From: Vicugna vicugna | Taxonomy: Eukaryota | Length of the DNA stretch: 64,000 nt | Assembly: GCA_013265495.1 (NCBI GenBank) | Contig: MU057781.1 | Location: forward strand, 374,001 to 438,000 | Reading direction: 5' to 3' | Shown: piece by piece, positions 1-12,713 of the stretch | Position numbering within the stretch: the stretch's first letter is position 1 | How the letters are laid out: each line of letters opens with the position of its first letter | Position numbers and translations under genes: made by a program | The notes under the pieces: model-generated | Told to the model about the DNA's origin: nothing | The model's database searches: none | What the model saw: the letters and a program-made list of their open reading frames with translations, nothing else

Positions 1-439
1 AGCACGAAGCAGCCCACAAAGACAAGTTGCTGCCAGCCTTGCCCAGGAGCTGCCCTCTGCGCACCCGGAGCCCCTGCCCACGGACGCCCCGCGAGGGGAG
101 GCCGGCGCGCCAGGCCCCGCTTCACTGAAGACGAGGGCACCGCCGTGGCGCGGCTTCTCCCTGACGCGGCAGGACGGCCACACCGGACCCCCTGCGGACT
201 GACACCCAGTGCAACATCCAAAACGGACCACCTGCAAACAGAGGTGGTGGAAGGTGCTGCCCCGGCTTTGAAGCACTTCCGAAGCGTCTTTGCCGGCGCT
301 TGTTTTCCCCGTTCATTTGTGGCCCTTTCTGCTGCCAAGTGGAGAAAACTGGTTCACCTTTCCTTTTAGTTTTAGGACGTTTCTTAACAGTCAACTGTTA
401 TCCCGCAAGTTGTGTCTTTTTTTATGTTTCCCGACTTAA

Positions 440-850
440 GCATAAGCCCCGCGCCCCGTGTGCCCCCTGCGGGCGGGCAGGCTCCCCGGGGGGCAGCGGG
501 GCTCGGGCGCCTGTCGGGCCCGCACAGCTGCAGGCCCGGGCGCTGAAACCGGGGGGCCTCGCGGCCCCTCCACCGGGCAGACCGCCTTCCTCGGAAGCGA
601 CGCCGAAACCTGCCGCTCTCCCTCCTTCAGCAGGCGCTCCTGTTGCCAGTAGCTGTGGCCGGTGTCCAGGCTTTGGTCCCGACCCAGGAAGACTTCAGAG
701 ATGGGAGCGGAGGGCAAGAGAGGGGAGTGGGGACTTACTCGGGGCGGACAGCGCACCCCCAAGGGCAGCGCGCAGGCGCAGGGCGGCGCCGCCCCAGCTC
801 CTCCGGCAAGCTGGTCACACGGGCTGTAAAAACGAGTGGCGGGGAGTTCA
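440..850. promoter_or_regulatory. CpG island-like segment
   Basis: Very high GC with dense CpG (e.g. gcggggctcgggcgcctgtcgggcccgc, gcgcgcaggcgcagggcggcgccgcc); no linked exon identified. Confidence 0.55.
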
Positions 851-2347
851 GGGGAAGGAAGGGGCTGGGGTCGTGTCCCCTGATCTCCGTCCCAGCTCCA
901 CCTGCCTGGGGGGAGGCGGGATCTCCGTCCTTACTTGACGGGACGTCACTGTGGGTGCGTGGCGGGGCCTTCTAGGCTGCAAGGCTGATTCCATTGAAAT
1001 GGAATGAGGGCAGAATGAGCAAAAGTTACACGTGGACACGGCAGAGTCCTGCCTCTTCCCACCTTTCTTTGTCGGCCTCCAGGCCGCTTGTCACCCTAAA
1101 ATGTGTGACCACCTATCAGCGCAGAGCTTCCTGCTTTTCTGTCTCTGCCCAGGGTACCCCTGGTGCTCGCATGATGCAGGGTTTCCTGTTTTTGGCCCCT
1201 GCCCCTTCTCTCTGCCCTGTTCCTGCTGTTTGACCCATGTCCCCCTTTCTCTGCTCATATCTAGCTGTCTGCCTGCTCTCACACTCCCTGCGATCTATTG
1301 GATTTTTGCAGATATTTTCAATCACATACAAAACAGTGATGGGAAGGAGAAGGTGAAATTGGTAATGCTGTGAACCCCCAAGGGCCACTAGGACCCTGGG
1401 GATGCTGGAGACCAGGCCCCACCCTCCTGCCTCCAGGCCCCGGGTACCTGGTGCACATCAGCCACCAACCCCACCCAGAGCAGCCATGCGGGAGTCGGGC
1501 CAGGCCTGGGAGCAAGCGCTCTGGGAGGCAGAGAGTCCTAGACCTGTGGGCACCAGGGCCAGGGTCACGAATGGAGCCACCGCGGCCCGAGGGCCGTCCC
1601 ACCAGATGGCCAACGTCCCTTGCAGAAAACAAAGAACAAACAGTTCAAGCCTTTTTGAAAAGTGTGAAAATGCTAATGTCGTAAGTGATCGCAAATCCCC
1701 GACTGTCGCAGTAGTGAGGGCGGTTAGAAACATAGCTTTACTCCACTTATAAAGCAGGAAGGAACATGCTGTTCGCAGCAAGAGGTAAAGGAAGGTGTCC
1801 AATTGCACACCCAGGCCGGGTGGTCGGCTGCACAGCCAGCCCCCGAGGCCGGCAAACCTTCTGGAAGGCCATCTGCAGGAGCGTCCAGCGCTGGGTCCGT
1901 GTCCACCAGTTACCAGAGAAAGTCCCCTTGCGTCTTTCACCAAAGACTTTAACCTTCAAAGGTACGCTGTGCTTGGAGCCCTGCAGCCCTAAGGGGACAC
2001 GTCCTCAGTGTTTGAAATTGTTCTTTCTCACAGAATCAGATCAGGTTCAAATTTCTTATTTCACCAGAGCAAAGCCTTCTCATTCCCGTTCCTAACCCGC
2101 GGACACGCTCACCTGAGGGCGGGCCAGCCGGGCCCGGCAGCCCTCCGCCCAGCCCGGGGCCGGGTCCAGCCTCTTCCTCTTTCTGACCACATCTTTAGCA
2201 ACTTGATAACTAAACTTAAGTACCACTAAAAATGACCAGAGGCAAGGTCTTATTTATGGCTGACCATAAATAATTGTGCACAGACAATAATTTTAAGGAT
2301 AAAAAAGTGAAATCTGAAGTTTTTGTAAAAAGGAAGACAAAGTATCA

Positions 2348-2410
2348 TTTCTTCAGCCAATATTTATTGAGAGCCTACTATGTACTGGCTCGGGGCTGGG
2401 ACACCCCACT
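2348..2410 (-). mobile_element. LINE-2 3' end relic
   Basis: ttcttcagccaatatttattgagagcctactatgtactgg resembles the L2 terminal motif (cattcaacaaatatttattgagcacctactatgtgccagg). Confidence 0.6.
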
Positions 2411-3039
2411 AACAAGCCGGGGGCAGGTGGAGGTGCCATCCTCGTGGGAGACGCCAGGTGAGGGGACAACAGAGGAGTGGGGACAGCTCCCCAGGCAGGA
2501 GACACCTCGCAGACGGGTCCCAGGTCAGGTTCCCAGTTCCCAGCTCTGACAAACCCAGGTGCGGGAGGAAGGCGATGCATGGGGGGAGGGGGAGGGTGAA
2601 GCACCCCAGGGTCTCCTCCAGTCTTCCCAGGAGTCAGGAACAGGGCATGGGGACCAGACCCCTAACTGATCAGTCTTGGAAGCTGCCACCCCTACGATGA
2701 CCCGCCGACTCCTCCAGCTGAGGGCCAGTCCAGAGATGACCTGGCTGGGCGCCTGCAGCCGCCAACACCCAACAGCACGACAGAAGCACGTCGGTCCTGG
2801 AGGGAGACGGGGCGGCTCGGATGAGCCAGCACAGACCTGCGTGGGACAAGGAAGCAGATCTGTAGCAGCTCTGTGCTCTGGCGGGGACCATAGCAACACC
2901 TAGAGTTTGCTCTTGAGAAAGAGTGGAGGACAAGGTGGGCATTGTGGGGGGTGTGGAGGAGGTTTAGAGCTGGGGGAGAGAGGAGCAGGGCTGGGGCGGT
3001 GGAGGAGGGGAGCTACAGGGGGATGTCATGGTCTCTGAG

Positions 3040-3165
3040 CGCACGGGGCGCATTCTGAGCACTGCTTCCTTCCTCTCACTGTGCGTGCTATCATCAGCCC
3101 CTTACTACAGGTGAGGAGACAGAGGCTGTCGTCTAAACCAAGGTCACAAAACGAGGAGGTGAACC
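3040..3165 (-). mobile_element. MIR SINE relic
   Basis: atcatcagccccttactacaggtgaggagacagaggct...ccaaggtcaca resembles the MIR core (attatccccattttacagatgaggaaactgaggc...cccaaggtcaca). Confidence 0.6.
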
Positions 3166-4956
3166 TGGGGGTCCCCAGGCTGCTGTCTCTGGGGCCCAAA
3201 GGCCCAGCCCCCTCCCCCCGGGGTGGCGGATTTGTGGAACGCCCCCCCCAGTGCCTTCTGTGTCCAGGAGAAGAGGGTTCCGGACATGGGCTCATTGCTG
3301 GCAATCCAAATAGCAGATCCCTGGAATTAGCTTCTGTGACGGAAAAAAGGGGGATAATTTAAAACCAGACAGATCTACCCATGAATATTCAGCTCCCGGG
3401 CAGACAGCGAAGCCAGCCCCCAGATCAGGCTCTCTGCGGCGCGTCAGAACGTTTCTCAGAACAGAGAGCTTGTGCGCTCGCCGGTCCAGATTTACAGGGA
3501 TAATTGTGTTTCTGTAGCTTTTGTAGTTTCCTCCTGCAAAAACTTCCCTTTTTATGGGACTGTGTCTAGTGCTCTGAATGCTCTAAATATGCATGCCATC
3601 TGGAAGGTGTAATTTGCTGTTCAATGACTTTTCAGTCTCCTAAGACTTCTGCTTTTTTCCCCAATGGTTGTTGCTTCTTATGAAAAGTTGCTTCCCTTTT
3701 CTTAATCTATAATTTTCTTTAAAGTGTCCCTGAAACTCATTGTGTTTTGCCTTTGATTATTTTATCAAAATGATACTGTGATTTCTGTTGCGAAGGAGAG
3801 AAAATGACATATACCTGTAACTGGGGGCTGACGTGGGTCAGTATCTTAAACACACCATGTCAGTTTATGACAGCCCGGTCCTCCCAGTGACCACATCTAT
3901 TTGTTCCCCACGAGCTGGGGCTATGCTGGGAACCAAACAGCTCGCTGGGCAGGGGCCAGGGGTGAGAGTCCAGCGATCCCAGTGTGGCAAGAGCTGGGTG
4001 GTGGGCACAGGACAGGTGTCCCCACCAGCAGGAGAAGTCCTGGGGGCTGTGCCTGACGCCTGGGCTCCACTCGGAAGGTTAAGAAGGAGCTGGCCAGATG
4101 TGGGACAGAGAACGGCTTCCTGGGCGAAAGGCATGACCCAGGCATGGGTCCCGGGACAGACCGGAGGAGCAATGCCCAGAAGCGTATGAGGAACACGGAC
4201 CAAGCGATGGTTAGGTGACCTGTCCAGAGCAAGCGAAGAGAGGAAGAGGGAGGCAGCAAAGGCATTAATTTGGATGAGACTTGGGCCGAGAGACAGCTAA
4301 GAGGGTGCTCAGTGAGCAGGAAAGAGGGGGAACTTTTTTCTAATCACACAAAATCTGGGGGAGGAAGGACTTTCATTCAGATCAGAGGGAAAGTGGACTT
4401 CAAATCCTTCTGAATCCCACTTACATGCATCGCCCTACATCAGCGGAGTTTTCAGAGCCGAGTTCCAGGAGGGGCTGGGGGCTGGACCACTCTCCCACCA
4501 AAGCTGTGAAGCTGGGATCTGAGCCAGCAACACCTCACGTTCTCCTGAATTGGAAGTTTCTTCACGAAATGGCAAAATATGTTAAAGTTTTTGTTACTTT
4601 CTTTTGACTTGTAAGATGACAATGACTTGATGTTGTGCAAAGGCTTGTAATTAAGTCGCACAAGAGCCGGGGCCCCGACTCTAATGAGGCGAGACACGGC
4701 GGCCACCCTGTTGCCATTACTCCCGAGGTCTCGTCTTCACTGGAGATGAAAAGGCCTCCAAAAATCCCTTTTGATCGAAAGAAACACAAAAGAGGGAAGA
4801 TTCTTCAGAAATGCGCAGCACTGCTGTTCACTGTGCGAGACACGAAAAGATGGATAAAGAAAAATCGGTCTTCGGAGAAAGATGCAGGGAGACCAGGTGG
4901 GTTGCGGCAGGGCGGCATGGGGGCGGGGCTTGTGTGGGTGGGGCCAGGAGGGAGGT

Positions 4957-5092
4957 NNNNNNNNNNNNNNNNNNNNNNNNNNNNNNNNNNNNNNNNNNNN
5001 NNNNNNNNNNNNNNNNNNNNNNNNNNNNNNNNNNNNNNNNNNNNNNNNNNNNNNNNNNNNNNNNNNNNNNNNNNNNNNNNNNNNNNNNNNNN
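4957..5092. other. Assembly gap (136 N) within a G-rich repeat
   Basis: Run of N flanked on both sides by ggggcggggct(g/t)g-type G-run units. Confidence 0.98.
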
Positions 5093-5654
5093 GGAAGGGG
5101 CGGGGCTGGTGGGTGAGGTCAGGAGGCGGGGCTGGGTGGGTGGGGCCAGAGAAGGAGGCGGGACCCAGATGGGTAGGGTGGCCCAAGCAGGACGCAGAGT
5201 GACCAGCACAGAAAAGGAGGCCGTGGGCACTCTGCTGTCCCTGAAGCAAAGCCCAGGATGACACACTCTGAACTGCCCAGAGCACTGTAGTCACTGCCCC
5301 GCTTTTGAGGGTCCTGGGAGAAATCAGACGCTGCTTGTCTTTTAATCCTGCTTTTCTCTCCCTCCTGAGCAAACGCCCAGGCCTGGAAGGACGCAGCCCT
5401 GCTTGGTCCTTAGTTTGCTGTTCTCCTTGCCTTCCCTTTCCCCTCCTCCTCCTCCTTTCTCTCCTCCTTTCTCCCTCTCCCCCTCCTCCCTTCCCGCCCA
5501 GCCAGCAGCCCACTGGTGGACCACTGGCAAGTGCTCAGACAGGGGCACTAGTGGATGGGTGGGAAGTGCCCCCTGCTGGCACCAGCCCTCCACTGTCTCC
5601 AGGGAGACCAAGCAGGAAGGACAGACGGGCCGGAGGAGCTAGGCACAAGGTGCA

Positions 5655-5920
5655 CGTGTCAGGGTCCTGGGGCTGCTCTAACAAAGTACCCCAAGCTGGG
5701 TGCCTCAAAGAACAGAACTGTGTTCTCTCACGTTCTGGACGCCGGGGGCCTGAAATCAAGGTGTGGGCAGGGTCACACCCCCCAGAGCTCTAGGGGAGGA
5801 CACTTCCTCTAGCAGCTGCTGCAGGCCCCTGGCACTCCTTGGCCTGTGACCACATCACTCTCGCCCCTGTCTCCGTCTTCACAGAGCCTCTCCTCTCTGT
5901 GTCCCTGTCTTCTTGTCCCC
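5655..5920 (-). mobile_element. MaLR LTR (MLT1-type), partial
   Basis: ggggctgctctaacaaagtacc...tctctcacgttctgga...gaaatcaaggtgtgggcaggg...ttggcctgtgaccacatcactc matches the reverse complement of the MLT1 3' end. Confidence 0.8.
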
Positions 5921-8900
5921 CGAGCCCCACAGGGCTTCGCACCAGCCTCACACAGGGCTCTGCCCTCAGCCTGGTGGTGAACCCCCACCCACCCCGTGCC
6001 CCCCACTGTGCCCATAGCTTGTGGAGGAGAGCACCCGTCCAAGGGTGCCAGAGGGAAGCTGCGGGCCTCAGCCGTGGGGAGGCCGCTGAGAGGGCCTCGT
6101 CCCTCTGGGTGAGTTACTAGTTGTAGCTGACTTCACGTACTAGTTACTAGTTGTAGCTGACTAGTTGAGGCTGACTTCACTTCCAGCAAACAGTGGCCAG
6201 AGCCCTGCACCCCCACTGCTCAGCCTCACTGGTTATAACAAAATGGATGACATCCCAAACCACATGAACCAATGGCTTTGCAATTAATGTGAAAAAGGCA
6301 GCCATCTGCAAGGCAGGAAGAGGCAGAGCCCTCCAGGTCGGGAGACTGTCCAGCTTCTCAGATAAGGTTCTCCTTCCAAATAGATTAGAACGAGGGGAGA
6401 GAAGGAGAGACAGAGGTGTGCAGTCCAAGCTGCCAGCCCAGGGGCCGAAGTCCAGCTCCCAGGCGGCACCCAGCAGTCGCTGGAAGAGAGTCCCCGGGAG
6501 GCCGCCCAGCCCCCCGAGCTCGCCGCCCACACACTCTCCATTTAAAGGAGCGCAGGCTGGCAAATCCTCTGCTCTTACATTTTCCTCTGTCACGTGTCCC
6601 GGAAGTGAGTCCCAACACCTGTAGATACTCAAGGGCTTTCCTCGTCCGTGACATTTCAAAATGGACCCCAAAGCGATTATTTCACACAGTAAATCCAGGC
6701 ACTAGGACAGCGTCAGGAGGGACTGGCCGCTCGCCTCCCTCTCCCTGTTGGGAGGGAGGTGGGGAGGAGGGGACAGGCACACTCAGAGGCCAGGTCCCCA
6801 CGGAGCCCCGGATCCTGGAAGGAGCCGGGTGCCCAGCTCACACAGGACAGCCTCCAGCCGGGCACGGGGCTGTCCCCGCTCAGGACTCGGGGACAGCGAA
6901 CACAGAAGTCGGCCCCGCCACGGGGCGTCACGGGCTTTTTCAGAGACTCGCTCACCCTACCAGCCACATGGTCCACATCATTTTTATAATTTCAGATAAA
7001 AATGACTGCAGTCATTGCAGATTTTTTTAAAATCCTTCTCCTGGAAAAGGTGATTTATACCATTTTTTTCTGTTCTTTCTTAAAGGCAAACATGACCGTG
7101 CCTGCGGCTGTAGTCACGGGGTAAAGACCAAGAAGCTGGTCTCCCGAGTCCTGACTCTGGAGGCTGTAGGGGAGGTTGGTTCACTTTCTGCGCAGAGCGG
7201 GCTGTCACACAGCTGCGACGGGGGGCAAGACGGTGGTGCTTTCACGAGCATTCCGAGAAATGCGGAGCGCTCGAAATCACCCTTCTGCCCACTTGTGAAA
7301 AGCAAGCTCTCGCTGCCATTTGAAACAGTGTGTGGATACTCTCCGGAAGCCGTGCCTATGGGGCAATGTGCTCTCTGCACGACGCACCAGCCGTCCTGGG
7401 GATGGGGGCACTGCCGGGGGCCGTGAGGAGGACAGACTGCTACTTTAAAGGTGGGGCAGGAGGTGGCCCGTGTGCGGGGGGGTCCCACTGGATGGCGTTT
7501 TATCCTCGGAGGACTTCCATGATCCTGGGATGCGCCTGGGGTCTCTGGGTTCACCGGCTGGGACCTAGCCCCCTGGGGTCACCTGTGGTCTGGGGCTCCT
7601 GAACTCCGTGTGAGGCTCCCCACCCAGCGGCAACTGTCCACTCTGGTGTGGAGTCCGTTCAGTTCAGCTGGGGCTCCGTCTCTCCGCCGGCTCTGATCTG
7701 TAGGACTCTGACGCAAAACACAGATATTAAGTCATTAAAATGCAATAACCAACTTTCAAGAGTCCTTTAGCTAATTCTGTGATTCAGGGACTCTGGGGCA
7801 GCGGCCACGGGCCACCATGAGCAAAAGCCAGCGCCCCTGCGACGGCCCCATGGCTGGGCTGCAGCCCCTGGTGGCCGCGCGTCCCTGTCCACCCCCAGCC
7901 ACGAGGGGCGGGGTGAGGAGTCTGTGACCCAACGCAGGAGAATCAGGGCGTTTGTCGGGGACGCCGGCAGGCCCCGGGGCACGTGGGATCATGCCGAAGC
8001 AACAGCGGCCTCGGAGAGCAGGGCAGCTAGTGGGCGCTTCCTTCATGTTCCAGCTGTTGCTCCGAATGTCAGACAGGAGGCGCGCGGGGCTGCCCCGGGC
8101 AGGCCCCGGGCCGGCCCCTGGGGGGCTGCTCTCAGGGCCTTCTCTCCAAGTGAAGACAGTGTGATATTTTCACCTAAAGTGTAAGTGTGAACGTAGATTA
8201 CGTCACGGAGACCGTTGTGCCACGTGCAGAGCGGACCGGGGTGGGGGCTGTCCGGCCACCGGGCACACGCGCTTGTTGCTCGGCCCAGCCTGTCCCCGCT
8301 TGGCGCTGTCCTCAGCGAGCCGAGGCTGTTGACGACTCGGCGGTGGCTGAATGTGTTTCCACAGGAAGCGCGACGTCCTGTCTCTTTTTTCGAGTCGGAG
8401 TGTGGGGAGAGGGGTCGTGTCTCCTGCGTCTCTGGTCTCCCTGCTCCTCACACGTCACTGGGAAGTTCATCCCAAGGACTGGGGTGCCCTGGCACCCCGG
8501 CACCCCGAATCCCAGCAGGTGCATTCTCATCCTAACACATAAATGCCGTTTCCCTGAAGGGAAGGGTCTAATTCCAGACCTGAGTGAGGAGACTGAAAAC
8601 ACAGAACGAAAGCGCCTGTGCTCTTCCAGAACACTCGGCCCTCCCGGTGCCCCGAATCACTGGCAACATGTCCTTGTCTTATTACGCTCCCCGCCCCTGG
8701 GACTGGCCTGATCTTCTCCTGTCCCAGGAAAGCCAGGGAATGAGAGGAGAGCCAGCAGTCGGGCACCATGGGCTCCGGTCTCTTGTCCTTCCCTGCACTC
8801 AGTGTCCCGTCAACACAGGCGACCATGGAGCTAGGTCTCTGACCCGCCCCCCCCCCCACCTCTGAGGGCTCCTGTCCAGCGACATCAGCGTCTAGGGATC

Positions 8901-9299
8901 ACCGTCTCGGGGCACGTGAGTCAGGCATTTGGGTCCAGGCCCCCTATTCATCGTGTGTGACCTGACGTACCCTTGACAACCGAAGTGCTCGCCTGTGAGA
9001 AGGGCCACGTGAAAACAGGTGCGGATGACTGATGCGTGGGACCCACGCCGAGGCCGGCCCGCTGGCCAGTGCTGCTGAGCTGGGGTTGGAGGCTGACGGG
9101 GGCCGAGAAGGGTTCATCCCAGGTCACCCCAGAAGCAGACCCTGAGATAAGGATTTGAGGACAAGTGACTTATCCTGGGGATGGAGAAGCCCCGCCGGGC
9201 CCAGGGCCCCACCACGGCTGGGGGAGGCCACTCTCCCAGTGCCAAACGGCCCTGCCAGCCTCCACCCAGGCTGCTCCTGGGATTGGCTCCCTGTCCTGT

Positions 9300-9520
9300 T
9301 ATACTTTCTCACTGATTATTGCAATTATATGGAAATGCTGTTTATCCTAAACAATCTGGTCAACTTGCTGAATCGGGGGGAGGAGTGGCTTTAATAGATT
9401 TTCGCTGATTTTTCATGAGTTTGTCCAGGAGTCCATCATAATGCCTGCAAACTTGCTGGTTTTCTCTGGTCCAACATGACTCATTTTTCTGTTTCCTGCC
9501 TTATCACATTGGCCAGAACG
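9300..9520 (-). mobile_element. Old L1 (L1M) ORF2 fragment
   Basis: ttcctgccttatcacattggccagaac and atcataatgcctgcaaa resemble antisense L1 ORF2 RT-region sequence. Confidence 0.55.
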
Positions 9521-10084
9521 TACATTTTTAAGATTAGTTTGATGAAAATATTACTGATTTTTGAGCAGCCACAGAGAGGATGGATCTGAGAAGAGAGAGG
9601 CTGTGCGACAGTCCAGGAGGGTCAGGCTGGGAGTCGGGTGACGGCCGGGGGGCGGGGGAGGGGCCCCATCTGAGCAGGGATGTAGATGACTCGGGCAGGC
9701 TGCAGAGACCCCTGCCGGCTCCAAGCCGGAAGCACAGCGTCTCACTGGCTCTGACCCGGGAACGGGACCGCGTCCCAGTCGTGGTTAAACTGTGGTCCAT
9801 TCACTCACGTGAAAAATGTGAGAAATGACATTAATTAGAATTCCCAGCTCACAGCCAGTTCTCTAGGAAGATGGACGCAAATCAAATTACCAGCTGTTTC
9901 CACTTCCTCCTGTAGCTCCACAGTCTGACTCTTAACCACGCTCCGTCCACACACCCTTCGGATAATTGAATTACATGATGACTGGCACAGTGGTCGGCAC
10001 GGCTACCCCACTTGTCCTCTGCATCACTTCTCACCGAAGCCCAGGACCCGCACAGGCCTCCCCACGAGAACACTCTCAATGGAG

Positions 10085-10230
10085 GAGATGCCCCTGCACC
10101 GTCCGGCGTGGCAGCCCCAGTCAGGGTCAGCTCGTGGCCAAGGGGACGAAGGAACCAAGTTGTTACTTTAACTTATTTAAGTGTAAATGGCTACAGGTAG
10201 CTAGCGGCCCCCTCACTGCAGGGTGCAGAC
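10085..10230. mobile_element. hAT-Charlie MITE (MER3/MER33-like)
   Basis: gtggcc...gaaggaacc...ttatttaagtgtaaatggctacaggtagctagcggcc resembles the MER3 inverted arm (aaatagccacatgtggctagtggctacc). Confidence 0.6.
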
Positions 10231-10259
10231 ATGGGAGCGCCAGCCAGGCGCGGCTCACG

Positions 10260-10400
10260 GGTCAGCAGCCCCGTGTGACCAGGTGGTTATCGTTAGGAAC
10301 GCAGACTCTCGGGCTCCACCCCAGACCTAGCAAGTCAGAATCAGCAGCTCAGTGGTCTCCCCAGGTGTAGACACTGAAGGTTGGGAAGCCCTGCTCTAGG
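10260..10400. mobile_element. hAT-Charlie MITE (MER5A/B-like)
   Basis: gttaggaacgcagactctcgggctccaccccagacctagcaagtcagaatc...ttgggaagccctgctctag resembles the MER5 consensus. Confidence 0.7.
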
Positions 10401-12681
10401 CAAGCACCGGGCCTCCGTGGCCCTTCGGACCCTCAGTCCACGACGCAGCACCAGCAGCTGTGCACCTGCCCCGGCGTGTCTTCTGTCTTTATGCAGGTGA
10501 TTACATTGGTTGTAAATGCCTCCCCTACCTCTCCTGCCTGGAGGACGCCAGAGCATCCTTCTCTCACCTTTACAGGTGTGGACAGCCGCAGCCCTGCCCC
10601 TGGGGGTTGACCCAGCTGAGAACAAACCTGGCGCTGGGAGGGCTCTGCAGGGTCAGCCCCAGGTCGGGGTAAACTCACCAAGCGTGCAAATGTCCCCCTG
10701 AGGCTGGGGTCTCATCAAAACGCTCGCTCAGATCATGAAACGAGGTTCCATCTCCGCCCGTGGAACGCGTGAGTTAAGCCATTCTGTTTCAAGTGACATA
10801 TCGGTCAGGAAGCACCTGCTCCAGACAGGAGAGCCCTGCCCTTGGCAGCACTCTGGGCCTCGGCATCTCGCCAGGGAAGGGGGGACACAGCAGGCTTACG
10901 CAGCCTTGAACTTGACATGTGCTCCATGTCCCTTGCTGGAGGGACTGTGCTGGGACAGCCCTGCTGTGTGATCGCGGCCACACACGTGCTGATACAAGAG
11001 TCTGAGGCCCAATGTGCAAGCTTTGGTGCCCTTTCGAGGGGCTCCCTGCACGTCCTGCCTGGCCCGCCCCCCAGCACCAGCCCCAGGGGACATCTCCCCA
11101 GAAGTGCAGCGGGGGTCAGCCAGGCTGAGACTCCGCAGCAGCTCCCACACCCCACCCACCTCGTGCAGGCCCTCGCCCGGGGGACAACCGGCCACCCCCT
11201 CGGCAGCACTCACTCAGGCTCAAAGATTGTCCCCACGCCACTCAGTGCCCACGGCCGAGGCAGGCCCCTCTGCTGGGTCCACCTCTGATTCTCCTCCAGG
11301 GACGGCTGCCTGCACCACTGTACATGTCCTCCAGCTCCACCCAGACCCCCGCGCCTCAGCCACCACGTCCCCCAATCTGCCGGTTCCCTCTTCCCTGGCC
11401 TCTTGGGAGCCCCCACAGACAGTGGGGCTCAGCAGTGAGGAGTGCTGGGTCAGGTCACCAGTAAAGTGGGTGACGTGGCCCCTACTCTACAGAGGAGCAG
11501 CTGGACCCGCGTGTCCGGCGGGCTCAGCACAGGGACTGAGAGCTAGTCATTCGTCCTTCACCCTGCAGGCCCCGCCGGAACTGCAGTCCTGCTGGGGAGT
11601 CTACGTCAATGTGGAAAAATAAAATAAAAAGAACAGAAAAATCAATGTGCTTAATGAGCGGTTAACTGAATGAACCCAAGTACACACACACACACACATT
11701 TCCTGAAAATATCCAACAGATAAGTACTTCTTGTCAGAACTGTAAGAAATGCTCGGTTCATTGAAAACCAGCTGTGGCGACGTGGCTCAGCCTCCCGAGG
11801 AACACGCGCTCCCCGCCGTCCCTGCGAAGCCCCGCACGTCCACACACGCCAGGGGAGGCCGCGCCGCCCCAAAGAGCGCGCCCTTTGAATGGAGGCCCAC
11901 AGGAGACGCTCCCAAAGCACGCTTAAAGCTTGGTTTTTGGCAAATTGGGAGCGCTCAGTAGGTCTGCTGTGTTGGCGAACGTGTTTTTCAGCACTTTCTC
12001 TGTCTTCCCGGGTGTGTCTCCCCTGCTGACACGCTCAGCCACCAGCCCTCCTGTCCTTCCCGACCTTACCTGGTAAGCCCCAACCTCCAGTCCGTCCCCA
12101 CCACTTCCTCGGGCCCCCAAGGTGCTGCCCCCCATGGCTGGAGTCAGTCCCCCGCCGCTGAGCCTCGGCCGGGCCCTCCGGGCGCTTCCGCACGCTGCCC
12201 AGGGGCCCCTCCGTGGCCCGTCCCCCCTCCTGCCCGTCTGTTCACACTCTTCTGCTGTCTCCCCTGTCACAGGGAGAGCGCCTCAGAGGCCACCCTCAGG
12301 GCACCTCCGTCCCCCGGCTGCTCGGCCGAGCGCCCCCTCAGTGCCGACCTTGCCCCTCGTGCTGACTTGGGGACCACGCGCCCTACCCCAGGGCGTCTCC
12401 CCTTGTCTGCGTGCGAGGCTCTCAGCGCTGCTGGGACTGAAGAACTGAAAGGAGCTCTGGTAGCTTCGCCTGCACGGCGGCATTTGCGTGCACAGAGGAT
12501 GTTTTTCCTCCTTCAGAAATAAAAATAGAACCCAAGGTCAGGCTGGTAAGTAATGAGCGTGTTTGGGCTCAGATGATTTTGAGCTGATGAACCTCCGGTG
12601 GAGCCGAGGAATGATTTCAGACCCAGAGCCCTCAGCCTGGTCGGCGGGAGAGGCCCAGGAGAGGTGACCCTCAGACCTGCC

Positions 12682-12682
<1 letters not shown>

Positions 12683-12713
<31 letters not shown>

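Noticed and set aside
4635..5513. ORFs of 100-258 aa spanning the N gap
   Set aside because: They are open only because Ns hide stop codons; no recognisable domain.
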